64,000 nucleotides of DNA from Alphaproteobacteria bacterium. Its GTDB lineage: Bacteria; Pseudomonadota; Alphaproteobacteria; SP197. Below, in pieces: positions 17,327 to 26,389 of this stretch. The translations under genes and the position numbers were made by a program. Location: the NCBI GenBank assembly GCA_965228895.1, contig OZ245842.1:3552001-3616000 (forward strand). The letters are read 5' to 3'. The notes beneath the pieces were generated by a model. That model saw only the letters and a list, made by a program, of their open reading frames with translations. It searched no databases and had not been told where the DNA came from. Positions within the stretch are counted from its first letter, which is position 1. Every line of letters begins with the position of its first letter.

Positions 17327-18094
17327 GTGTTTACGACGTTCCGCTATATCGTGCTGACGGCCGTGCGCGATCGGTTGCTGATCGGCGTGGCCATCGCGCT
17401 TGTGTTGGCCGCACTGTTGGGCGCTTTTCTGGGCGATGCGACGGCGCTGGAACAGCGCCAGATGTCGCTGGCCTATGCCGGTTTCACGACCCGGCTGATC
17501 CTGGCCATGGGGCTCATCCTGTTCGTTTGTTTTCACGTGCAGCGCAGCTACGACAACCGTGAAATCGACCTCATGCTGTCGCGACCGATCTCGCGCGCCC
17601 AGTTTGTCATCATCTATTGGCTCGGCTTCTCTGGCGTCGCCGTCATGCTGGCAGTGCTCGCGGCCATCGTGTTGCCGATTGCCGGTTTGCCCGATGGCGC
17701 CGGTCTGGTGCTCTGGGCGATCAGTCTGATTCTGGAATCCCTGCTTGTCGTCGCGCTGAGCCTGTTCTTTGCGCTGACGTTGAAAAGCGCCGTCGCGTCG
17801 GTGATGGCGAGTTTCGGGTTCTATCTGCTGGCCCGGATGACCGGTTTTCTGGTCAACATCGCGGAGTCCGATTGGGCGATCCTGCAGGAATCGGCGGTTG
17901 GATCGCTGTCGGCCTATGGCGTCTTCGTTTTCGGTTTCATCATGCCGCGTCTTGATCTGTTCGGTCAGACCTGGTGGCTGAACTACGGTATGCCCGACGA
18001 TCTGCCGATCGGGCTCATTGTCGGCCAAGCGGTCCTCTATACGGCGCTGTTGATTGCCGCGGCGATCTTCGATTTCCGGCGGCGGCGGTTCTGA
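17327..18094 (+). CDS. ABC-2 type permease (PilI-like)
   Basis: About 6 TM segments; LSRPISRAQF; C-terminal FDFRRRRF. Confidence 0.8.
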   Translation: MFTTFRYIVLTAVRDRLLIGVAIALVLAALLGAFLGDATALEQRQMSLAYAGFTTRLILAMGLILFVCFHVQRSYDNREIDLMLSRPISRAQFVIIYWLGFSGVAVMLAVLAAIVLPIAGLPDGAGLVLWAISLILESLLVVALSLFFALTLKSAVASVMASFGFYLLARMTGFLVNIAESDWAILQESAVGSLSAYGVFVFGFIMPRLDLFGQTWWLNYGMPDDLPIGLIVGQAVLYTALLIAAAIFDFRRRRF

Positions 18095-18096
18095 CC

Positions 18097-18822
18097 ATGG
18101 CGCAGCGTCTGACCCTTGCCGTGATCGTCCTGCTGCTGGCGGGCCAGCTTGCGCTCGCCACCCAGACGATCGGCCGCCACGATTATCACGACCCGCTGAC
18201 CATGGCGCCGCCGCGCCAAGTCGCCAACGTGTTGGGTTTGGGGGACGACCAGTTCTTTTTCCGCCAGGGCGTTCTCCATATCACCCATGCCGGCGCCACC
18301 GGCGGCGAGACGATCTACCTGCGCGATTTCGACTATGATGCTCTGGTCTCGTGGCTGATCCTGCTCGACGAACTCGACCCACGCTCCGGCGCCGCCCCGT
18401 TTCTGGCGGCCTACTGGTACGGCCGCACGCCGGTCGTCGCCGACGCGGCCTTGATGGTCGATTACCTGGAAGCCCGCGCGCTCGCGGACCCCGAAACCGG
18501 CTGGCGTTGGCTGGTCGAGGCCGTCTATCTGGCGCGTTACCGGCTGAACGACGTTGATCGTGCCCTCGCGCTGGCCGAGTTGGCGGCCGACGGAAAGATC
18601 GAAAACGCGCCGTTTTACGTGCAGCACCTGCCCGCCTTCATTCAGCTCGATCTCGGCGAACGCGATGCGGCGCTCGTGTTGCTGCGGGCGTTGTTGGAGG
18701 AGAACCCGGACCTGCCGGAAGATGAGCTCAATCTGTTATTCTTCATGATCGACCGGATCGAACGCGACGGAAGCGACGCCGCCGCACCCGACACGACATC
18801 CGGCGAAACGGACGGAACATGA
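18097..18822 (+). CDS. Membrane-anchored helical/TPR-like pilus-associated protein
   Basis: N-terminal TM; LDELDP; Trp/Tyr-rich helical repeats; cotranscribed with the permease. Confidence 0.6.
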   Translation: MAQRLTLAVIVLLLAGQLALATQTIGRHDYHDPLTMAPPRQVANVLGLGDDQFFFRQGVLHITHAGATGGETIYLRDFDYDALVSWLILLDELDPRSGAAPFLAAYWYGRTPVVADAALMVDYLEARALADPETGWRWLVEAVYLARYRLNDVDRALALAELAADGKIENAPFYVQHLPAFIQLDLGERDAALVLLRALLEENPDLPEDELNLLFFMIDRIERDGSDAAAPDTTSGETDGT

Positions 18823-19919
18823 ACGACATTACACTCTCGCTCTCGCAGATCCTGCAGCTCGTCGGCGTGGTGCAATGCGTTTACGTCATTGCCCTGACGC
18901 TGGTGCGCACCGACGACTACCGTTTCGCCGCCCTGCCCGTGCTGCTGTTCGCCGCCATCGGGCTGAGTTTTGCCGTTCAGTTGGTGATGACGCTGACCGA
19001 TCTCGGCGAAAGCCCGTTCTTGAACGGTGTCTATCTGTTTGTCGAAACCTCGATACCGCCACTGATGTACCTGATGGTGATCGAGCTGGTGAAACGCCGA
19101 ATCCCAGCATCGCCCCATTGGTTGATCCTGGGCTTGCCGCTTCTGGCCGTGCCGGCGATCAACGTTGCGGTACAGGCTGAGTCCGTTTGCCTGGGAGGGG
19201 ACGGCAGTTTCTGTGTCGATCCCTACCCGCTGTTTGCCCTGTTCCGCGTTGTCGCAGGCGTCGCGATTCTGCTGCTCTTGCTGGTAGTTGTCTCACGGGA
19301 TCTCAAGACTGTCCTGACCCAGACCATGGGCAAGGAGAAGTATTGGATCATCATCGCGCTGATCGGCGCCATCATCGCCTTGATGGCCGACAATCTGCTG
19401 AGCGTCTTCGGCATCTTGAACGAAAGCGAGTCTGTCTTCGTAGCCACAGTGCTGGAACTGACGCTGGTCTACCTGCTGATCTCGTCGCTGTTCCGCGTCT
19501 ATGGCGGCGCCGTCACGATCCGCACAAATCGGGACAAGGCACGCGACGGCGAGCGCGAGCCGCTCAACGATGATGAGATTAAGCTGGTCGAACGCATCAA
19601 CGAGTTGATGACGCTCGACAAGGTCTATCAGGAGGCATCCTACAGCCGGAAGGATCTGGCCCAGGAACTGACCATCGCCGAACACCAGTTGTCGCGGATC
19701 ATCAATACCGGTTTCGCCATGAGCTTCAGCGACCTCATCAACACCCACCGGGTAGAGGAGGCAAAGTATCTGCTGCGCACCACCGAAGAACCGGTCAGTT
19801 CCATCGCCTTCGACGTCGGCTTCAACAGCCTGGCATCGTTCAACCGCGTGTTTCGCAAGGTGACCGATCAGACCCCGACAGCGTTTCGCCAGAATGGTGG
19901 CGAGGCACCGACCGCGTGA
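18819..19919 (+). CDS. Membrane-embedded AraC family regulator
   Basis: About 6-7 N-terminal TM segments; C-terminal LSRIIN...IAFDVGFNSLASFNRVFRKVTDQTPTAFR. Confidence 0.92.
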   Translation: MNDITLSLSQILQLVGVVQCVYVIALTLVRTDDYRFAALPVLLFAAIGLSFAVQLVMTLTDLGESPFLNGVYLFVETSIPPLMYLMVIELVKRRIPASPHWLILGLPLLAVPAINVAVQAESVCLGGDGSFCVDPYPLFALFRVVAGVAILLLLLVVVSRDLKTVLTQTMGKEKYWIIIALIGAIIALMADNLLSVFGILNESESVFVATVLELTLVYLLISSLFRVYGGAVTIRTNRDKARDGEREPLNDDEIKLVERINELMTLDKVYQEASYSRKDLAQELTIAEHQLSRIINTGFAMSFSDLINTHRVEEAKYLLRTTEEPVSSIAFDVGFNSLASFNRVFRKVTDQTPTAFRQNGGEAPTA

Positions 19920-20279
19920 TCCGGATTTGCCGACGGCATCTTGTTGCCAGCCTATCCTGTCGATCGTAGTAGATTCTCGGCTTTTTCGACTAACCTTCTG
20001 ATTCAACGCTGAATCTTGTGCACCGCAGCATGGGAACTCGGCCCGTTCCCATGCCAATTTAGAGCTGGAACTCCTCAATCTGTAAATCTGACGCCGCATG
20101 ACGCCAGATAGCGAAGACCCCCCAAAGGATTAGCCCTAAAGAGTAGGTCAGAGGAGAACGAGAGCGTTGCGTCTGTGCCACTTTGGGACAGCCGCGGATC
20201 GAGCAAAGCGCGATCGGCTTCGTATCACAATGAAACAGCCGGCGAGCCGGCAGACGGACCAACGCGAGGATCCAGAACA

Positions 20280-20942
20280 ATGCAGGGTAACGTGGGTACA
20301 AACAAACACAGCTCCGAACGCGGCTTCACGCTGGTCGAGCTTTCCATCGTTCTCGTCATCATTGGCCTGTTGATTGGTGCTGTCCTGAAGGGGCAGGAAC
20401 TGATCGAAAGCGCGCGGCTGAAATCGCTGATGACGCAGATAAACAGCTACAAGACGGCGACCCAGATCTTCAAGGATCGCTATGGCTCGCTGCCCGGCGA
20501 TTTCGACGAAGCGACCACCGTGCTGAACGCGTCGGCCAACGGTGATGGTGACGGCATCATCGACGGCAATGGCGGCAACGGCGAGGGCCCGCTCTTCTTC
20601 GAGCATCTGGTCCGTGCCGAGCTCATTTCCGGCGTTTCGGTCAACGATCCGATCCCCGACAGCAAGGCCGGCAACGGTCAGGTCCAGGCCGACAACGACG
20701 ACGTCAACCAGGGCTCGCAAGACACCAACTTCTTCCGCGCCGGCGGCCTGAACGGCGTCGCCAGCACACGCGACATCCTGACCGGCGCCCAGGCGGGCGA
20801 GCTGGACAACAATTTCGACGACGGCAGCGGTATCACGGGCGATATCCAGACCGAAGGCGGCAATGACTGCCGGACCAATGCCGGCGTCCACAACTTCACC
20901 GACGGCGATGTGGCCTGTGTCTTCTTTGTGAAGATCGAATAG
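20280..20942 (+). CDS. Type IV pilin (probable major pilin)
   Basis: G|FTLVELSIVLVIIGLL class III signal with E5; LPGD; C-terminal Cys pair; own RBS and terminator. Confidence 0.9.
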   Translation: MQGNVGTNKHSSERGFTLVELSIVLVIIGLLIGAVLKGQELIESARLKSLMTQINSYKTATQIFKDRYGSLPGDFDEATTVLNASANGDGDGIIDGNGGNGEGPLFFEHLVRAELISGVSVNDPIPDSKAGNGQVQADNDDVNQGSQDTNFFRAGGLNGVASTRDILTGAQAGELDNNFDDGSGITGDIQTEGGNDCRTNAGVHNFTDGDVACVFFVKIE

Positions 20943-20964
20943 GCCGCCCGACCATGACGGATAG

Positions 20965-20996
20965 AGGGCCAGCCGGCTTGCCGGCTGGCCCTTTTT
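20965..20996 (+). terminator. Intrinsic terminator after pilin
   Basis: AGGGCCAGCCGGC-TT-GCCGGCTGGCCCT followed by TTTT. Confidence 0.88.
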
Positions 20997-21166
20997 CGTG
21001 CGCACCGGCAACCAACCTAGCCGCTTGCGGCGAGTCGCAAAAGAGTGCAGAATTACAGGCTGTTATCGGGGAGTCTACGACTGAGACTCGAAGTATCGGC
21101 GGCAAACCACTGATGGCCGAACAACCGGGGTTGGGCGAGCGCTAAGGCGCGACGGAAGCTGATCAG

Positions 21167-22531
21167 GTGAGCATCCTTTACAAGGCATTATCGAAGGCCG
21201 CGCGCGAGAACGCCGAGCAGGCGCAGGACGCGCCGCTGGTGCTCGACGACGACATCGGCCACGACCCCGGCAGCGCCTTCGACGACGCGACCTATCGCGA
21301 GCCACGCCGGCGCCCCTGGGCGTTGCTGGGCTTGGCCGGCGTTGTCATCGCGGGCTGCGTCGGCGGCTACGTCTATCTCACCTCACCGGAAGACGATGAT
21401 GTCATGGTCAACACCGGCGGTGAGATCGTCGACTTCTCCAAACAGAACCAGACCGCCGACAACGACGAACCCGATCTGCCCACGGCCGCTGCAGCTGACG
21501 ATGCCGTGGACGAGATGATGGTCGAGGTTGTCGAAACGGACGAAGCCGCCGATCCGAACATGGCGATGGAACTTGCGCCAGAGGATCCGGCAGCCACGGT
21601 CTCGACCGATGACACGGCGACCACCGCGCTCGATATCGTGCCGGCGGCCTCGTTGGATGCTGTCAACGCCAGCGGAAACGCCGCCGAGGTCGCCGAAATC
21701 ACCGAAACGGTTAGCGAGACCTCAGCGGAAGGCCCCGCCGACGCGACCGCGGCCGTCAACGGCGAGACCATTGAGGAAACCCTGGCGCGGCTCAGCACCG
21801 AACGCGGCGGCGATGACCTCGCCGCGCCCATCGAGATCGACCGCACGCCCGAAGCAGCCATGGAAGCCGCGATCGTGGCCGAAGCCGACAGCACCGTATC
21901 AGCCAGTGACACGACCGCCGCCGAAACCACCGTCGAATTCACCATCGACGCCGAAGGCTCCAGCAACCGGCAGAAGTTCGAGGCAGCCTACGCCGCGCTT
22001 CAGGCGGGCAACGCGGAAGCTGCCATGGATCTCTACATGGACGTGCTGATCGAGGAACCGGACAACCAGTTCGCCCTGTTCGGCTTGGCCTCCACCCTGC
22101 AGCGCATGGGTTGGCTGGGCGAAGCCCGAGCCACCTATGAAGAGTTGCTGGCGATTGACCCGAACAACCGCGGCGCGCTCACCAACATGATGTCCCTGAT
22201 CGCCCAGGAAGCGCCCGATCAGGCGCTTGCCAACCTGCAGCGGCTCTATGAGATCAACCCGGGATTCAGTCCGATCCCCGCGCAGATCGGCCTGCTCTAT
22301 GCCGATCTCGGCGATTACGGCGAAGCCGTGCGTAACCTGACGCTCGCCATCGACATGGAGCCCGACAACATGAACTACGTCTACAACCTCGCGATCATCC
22401 ACGACCGGCTCGGCCGGCACGGCGAAGCCCAGGCGCTCTATGAACGGGTGCTGGAGTTTTCCGAGTATCGCGATGTCAGCGTGCCCGTCGCGGCGATCCG
22501 CGAACGCGTGTCCTACCTGAAACGATTGTAA
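21167..22531 (+). CDS. MshN-like TPR protein with TM anchor and long acidic linker
   Basis: N-terminal SILYKAL motif; TM; D/E/A/T-rich linker; about 5 TPRs (YNLAIIHDRLG). Confidence 0.75.
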   Translation: MSILYKALSKAARENAEQAQDAPLVLDDDIGHDPGSAFDDATYREPRRRPWALLGLAGVVIAGCVGGYVYLTSPEDDDVMVNTGGEIVDFSKQNQTADNDEPDLPTAAAADDAVDEMMVEVVETDEAADPNMAMELAPEDPAATVSTDDTATTALDIVPAASLDAVNASGNAAEVAEITETVSETSAEGPADATAAVNGETIEETLARLSTERGGDDLAAPIEIDRTPEAAMEAAIVAEADSTVSASDTTAAETTVEFTIDAEGSSNRQKFEAAYAALQAGNAEAAMDLYMDVLIEEPDNQFALFGLASTLQRMGWLGEARATYEELLAIDPNNRGALTNMMSLIAQEAPDQALANLQRLYEINPGFSPIPAQIGLLYADLGDYGEAVRNLTLAIDMEPDNMNYVYNLAIIHDRLGRHGEAQALYERVLEFSEYRDVSVPVAAIRERVSYLKRL

Positions 22532-22547
22532 GCGGAGAGATCAGGCG

Positions 22548-23414
22548 ATGCCTTTCTTGAACCATTTCGGCTTGAAGGAACATCCGTTCTCGCTGACGCC
22601 CAACCCGGCATTGTTCTTCGGCGGACGTTTGCATCGCCCGATCCTGGAAATGCTGAGCTTCGCCTTGAAGCGCGGCGACGGCGTCTTGACCGTGGTCGGC
22701 GACGTCGGCACCGGCAAGACCATGCTGTGCCGCCTCCTGCTGCAAGTCCTGGACGGTGAAGCCGCCCTTGCCTATCTGCACGCGCCGCTCTCCGACGATA
22801 CGGACATCGCCCGTGACGTCGCGCGCGAGTTCGGTCTTGAGGTCGGCCCGCACGACGACGCCTTCCACGTTCTCAACCGCTTTTTGCTCGAACAGCACAG
22901 CGCCGGCCGGCGTGCTGTCCTGGTCATCGACGAGGCCCAGGCGCTCGGTCGCCCAGGTCTGGAGACCATCCGGCTGCTGTCCAACCTGGAGACCGCCTAC
23001 AGCAAACTCCTGCAGACCGTCATGTTCGGCCAGCCGGAACTCGACGCCCTGATGCGCCAGCATGCGCTTCGCCAGCTCAACCAGCGCATCGCTTTTAGAT
23101 TCGAGACCCGCGCGCTCACCGCACGCGACGCCACGCGTTACGTGCAGCACCGGGTCAATCGTTGCTCGATCAACGGCGATCCGCGCGAGATGTTCAGCAA
23201 CAGCGCGCTCGCCATGCTGGCGCGCCACAGCCGGGGCGTGCCACGCGTCATCAACATTCTTGCCGATAAGGCGATGCTGGCGGCCTATGCCGAAAACGCC
23301 ACGACCGTGCGCCGCCGCCATATGGTGGCCGCCATCGACGATTCACCGTCGATCGCGCAGAAGCTCGCTTTCTTCCGCCGCTGGAACGTGGCGCGGCTTG
23401 CCGGCGTCGGCTGA
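22548..23414 (+). CDS. ExeA/MshM-like AAA ATPase
   Basis: FGLKEHPFSLTP, GDVGTGKT, IDEAQ, GQPEL, QRI, GVPRVIN. Confidence 0.92.
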   Translation: MPFLNHFGLKEHPFSLTPNPALFFGGRLHRPILEMLSFALKRGDGVLTVVGDVGTGKTMLCRLLLQVLDGEAALAYLHAPLSDDTDIARDVAREFGLEVGPHDDAFHVLNRFLLEQHSAGRRAVLVIDEAQALGRPGLETIRLLSNLETAYSKLLQTVMFGQPELDALMRQHALRQLNQRIAFRFETRALTARDATRYVQHRVNRCSINGDPREMFSNSALAMLARHSRGVPRVINILADKAMLAAYAENATTVRRRHMVAAIDDSPSIAQKLAFFRRWNVARLAGVG

Positions 23415-23416
23415 TC

Positions 23417-24580
23417 ATGACTGCAACCGCAAACCAGATCGATCAGCTGCTCGCCTTTATCGTCAAGAGCGGCGCATCGGACCTGCATCTGTCGTCGGGA
23501 CGGGTGCCCGCGATGCGCGTCGACGGCGATATCGCCGCCATGACCGATCAGGAGTTCACCGCCGACCAGGTGCGTGTGTTGGTGACCGAGATCATGTCGG
23601 ATGACCAGAAGGCGGCCTATGACGAAGACCTGGAGCTTGATTTCGCCTACCAGGCCGATGCCAGCCTGGGGCGCTTCCGCGTCAACGCGTTCAACACGGC
23701 GCAAGGCCCGGCGGCGGTCCTGCGCACGATCCCGACCGAGGTGCCGACACTGGCGCAGCTCGCGGCACCCAGCCTGTTCGCCAAGCTCGCGGCGCTTGAA
23801 CACGGCTTGATCCTGGTCACCGGTCCGACCGGCAGCGGCAAGTCAACGACGCTTGCCGCCATGATCGATCACATCAACGCCAACAGCAAAAAGCACATTC
23901 TGACCGTCGAAGACCCGATCGAGTTCGTGCACCCGCCCAAGCAGTCCTTGGTCAACCAACGCGAAGTCGGCCGCGACACGTTGTCGTTCCATCGCGCACT
24001 GAAGAGCGCGCTTCGAGAAGACCCCGATGTCATCCTGGTTGGCGAGATGCGCGATCTGGAGACCATTTCACTGGCCCTGACGGCGGCCGAGACCGGTCAT
24101 CTGGTGCTCGGCACACTCCATACGACGTCAGCGCCCAAGACCATGGACCGCATCATCGACGTGTTTCCCGCCGGCGATAAGGACATGGTCCGCGCCATGC
24201 TTTCGGAGTCGATCCAGGCTGTGGTCAGCCAGATCCTGCTGAAGCGCCTGGACGGCGGCCGCGTTGCCGTCCACGAGGTGATGACCGGCACGCCGGCGGT
24301 CAGAAACTTGATCCGCGAAAACAAGATCCCGCAGATCGTCTCGATGATTCAGACCGGCCAGCGCCACGGCATGGTGACCATGAAGGACGCGGTGCAGACC
24401 TTGGTCGACAACAACGTCGTCGACGCCGGCGAACTCGAACGTTTCGAGGCGATTTCCGGCGAGGCCGCCGAGACGAATGACGCGACGGTCAACGACAACG
24501 GCACAAGCCGAGAGGCAACGCCGCCGCCGGCCCCACCACCGGAGCCCAGCAAGAAGAGCCTGCTGCGCGGCCGTTTCTAG
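23417..24580 (+). CDS. pilT: Type IV pilus retraction ATPase
   Basis: ASDLHL, GPTGSGKSTT, EDPIE, LREDPD, GHLVLGTLHT, AVRNLIRE. Confidence 0.95.
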   Translation: MTATANQIDQLLAFIVKSGASDLHLSSGRVPAMRVDGDIAAMTDQEFTADQVRVLVTEIMSDDQKAAYDEDLELDFAYQADASLGRFRVNAFNTAQGPAAVLRTIPTEVPTLAQLAAPSLFAKLAALEHGLILVTGPTGSGKSTTLAAMIDHINANSKKHILTVEDPIEFVHPPKQSLVNQREVGRDTLSFHRALKSALREDPDVILVGEMRDLETISLALTAAETGHLVLGTLHTTSAPKTMDRIIDVFPAGDKDMVRAMLSESIQAVVSQILLKRLDGGRVAVHEVMTGTPAVRNLIRENKIPQIVSMIQTGQRHGMVTMKDAVQTLVDNNVVDAGELERFEAISGEAAETNDATVNDNGTSREATPPPAPPPEPSKKSLLRGRF

Positions 24581-24600
24581 GACCTTCACGAAGACACAAA

Positions 24601-24722
24601 CGCGCCCCGGACTTGATCCGGGGTCCACGAACACGGGCACTGCAATTGTTGCGCCGTCCTTCTCAAAACGTCAGATTCCGTGTTCCCGGATCCCGGCTCG
24701 CGCTGCGCTTGGCCGGGATGCG
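24601..24722. repeat. ~122-bp REP/MITE-like intergenic repeat, copy 2 (inverted relative to copy 1)
   Basis: CCCCGGACTTGATCCGGGG and ATCCCGGC...GCCGGGAT hairpins; homologous to 2753-2874. Confidence 0.8.
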
Positions 24723-24746
24723 ATAACGGAGTCGCTGGATCGAGCG

Positions 24747-25514
24747 CTAGCGCGCGGTGGATTCAGGTTCGGCGTCGGCGTGATCGATGGCGTCCAGGAA
24801 CGCCCGTTCCAGGGACGCGCCGCCATGGCGTTCGCGCAGACTTGCGGGATCGCCGTGATAGAGAATGCGCCGGTCGCTGAGCACCGCAACGGCATCGCAG
24901 ATCTCATCGATGTCCGAAAGGATGTGCGAACTGAAAAAGACGGATCCACCTGCCTCACGATAGGCGATCAAACGATCCTTCAACAGAATCCGTGCCCGGG
25001 GATCAAGGCCGGTCATCGGCTCGTCGAGAATCAACAGCGGCCTTTCGCTCATCAGCGTCGCCATCAAGCCGGCTTTCTGCATCATCCCCTTCGAATAGGT
25101 CGCGACACTGCGGTTAAGCGCGTCGGGATCAAGCGCCAGGCCCTCCGCATTCGACGCCAGCGTCGCGCGATCGACCTTGATGCCGAAATAGGCAAGGCTC
25201 AAGGAGATGAACTCGCGCCCCTTCAGCGTGCGCGAGACGTTGAGGTTTTCCGGCAGGTAAGCGATCGCACGTCGTGCGGCGGCTTCGCGGCAGTCGCGCC
25301 CGAACAGCCGGATCGTGCCGGCCGCCGGTTCGATCAGGTTCAGCATGGTCTTGATGAAGGTCGTCTTGCCGACGCCGTTCAGGCCGATCAAACCCAGGAT
25401 CTCGCCGCACCGGACCGTCAGGCTGACGTTCTCCAGCACGATGCGCTCACCATAAGCAACGCGCAGCGCTTCGGCTTCAAGCGCCGGTCCGTCGCTTTCG
25501 TTGCGCACGACCAT
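24747..25514 (-). CDS. ABC transporter ATP-binding protein (PilH-like)
   Basis: GLNGVGKTT, YSKGMMQK, LDEPMTGLDP, SSH. Confidence 0.92.
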   Translation of the reverse strand: MVVRNESDGPALEAEALRVAYGERIVLENVSLTVRCGEILGLIGLNGVGKTTFIKTMLNLIEPAAGTIRLFGRDCREAAARRAIAYLPENLNVSRTLKGREFISLSLAYFGIKVDRATLASNAEGLALDPDALNRSVATYSKGMMQKAGLMATLMSERPLLILDEPMTGLDPRARILLKDRLIAYREAGGSVFFSSHILSDIDEICDAVAVLSDRRILYHGDPASLRERHGGASLERAFLDAIDHADAEPESTAR

Positions 25515-25554
25515 GCCCGGTTGCTCTAGAGCCTACACGGCTTTATTGGCATCA

Positions 25555-25623
25555 CCGGCCCGCTCCCCCACCCGGCCACCCATGGCAGCATCCTCGGGGT
25601 GGCCGGGTGGGGGAGCGGGCCGG
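25555..25623. repeat. Perfect 27-bp inverted repeat (REP-like)
   Basis: CCGGCCCGCTCCCCCACCCGGCCACCC-N15-GGGTGGCCGGGTGGGGGAGCGGGCCGG. Confidence 0.85.
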
Positions 25624-25651
25624 CACCGATTCCGCGCAAGCAGGTCATACC

Positions 25652-26389
25652 CTAGTCCTGAGCCTGCAAGGCTCTCTCCAGGTCGCGCAACTGGTCCTGT
25701 TGCGCCGGGCTCAAGCTCAGATCCTCGGGCGTTGCGAGCGCCTCAACATCGATATCGCCGCCGGCATCCGCGATGTCCTTGCCCTGCTCGTCGGGCGGTC
25801 TGAGAACGGCCAGAGCGGACACATCGACCACCTCGCCGGTATCGGCCAGATAGATCTGGTGGGGCCGCAGCGTGAAGACGCGGCGGTCTTCCGGCCGTGA
25901 CGCATCGGGCATCCAGACCAGGTCGACATAGTCCGGCCCGATCGCGTTGACGCGCAGATCGCCCGGCATGCTGTCGGGCGTCACGTGATCACCGTTGAGC
26001 CACAAGGACCAGCGCGTCGGACTGAAGTAGAGCAAGGCATCCAAACGGAAGTCGCGCAGCACAACCGGCGCAACGGCCACCGGCTCGCCGGTCGCCGCGC
26101 TATCGGGCACACCGTCGGCGCCGGTCACGGCAAGGCGCACGGCAGCATCGATCAGAGCGGCTTCGCGCTCGGTCAGCATAAGGTTGTCGCGCGCGATGAT
26201 GCGCAGAACGTCCTCGTCGCTCAGCCCGCTGTCAATCTGTAGCTGCTGGACCACGGGCAGCTCGATGGTGGGCGCAGCCGCCTCATCGCCATCGTCGTCC
26301 TGGGCCGCCGCCCAGCCCGCGACAACCGCAACCGACAACACGAACGTGCCCAGCATAATTCCGGTATGGCGGGTCACACGGCCCATCAC
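25652..26389 (-). CDS. Exported pilus accessory protein (PilP/MshK/GspB-like position)
   Basis: Signal peptide; LDALLY...WSLWLNG beta domain; coupled to upstream gene. Confidence 0.55.
   Translation of the reverse strand: MMGRVTRHTGIMLGTFVLSVAVVAGWAAAQDDDGDEAAAPTIELPVVQQLQIDSGLSDEDVLRIIARDNLMLTEREAALIDAAVRLAVTGADGVPDSAATGEPVAVAPVVLRDFRLDALLYFSPTRWSLWLNGDHVTPDSMPGDLRVNAIGPDYVDLVWMPDASRPEDRRVFTLRPHQIYLADTGEVVDVSALAVLRPPDEQGKDIADAGGDIDVEALATPEDLSLSPAQQDQLRDLERALQAQD

Noticed and set aside
15575-18028. 817-aa antisense ORF (also 29946-32021, 33102-34526, 3670-4995, 49544-50872)
   Set aside because: Shadow ORFs opposite well-supported genes, expected from GC-rich codon bias; no motifs.
19920-20279. 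c-di-GMP riboswitch or sigma-54 promoter before the pilin
   Set aside because: No GEMM consensus; the only TGGCAC is on the opposite strand without a properly spaced TTGC.
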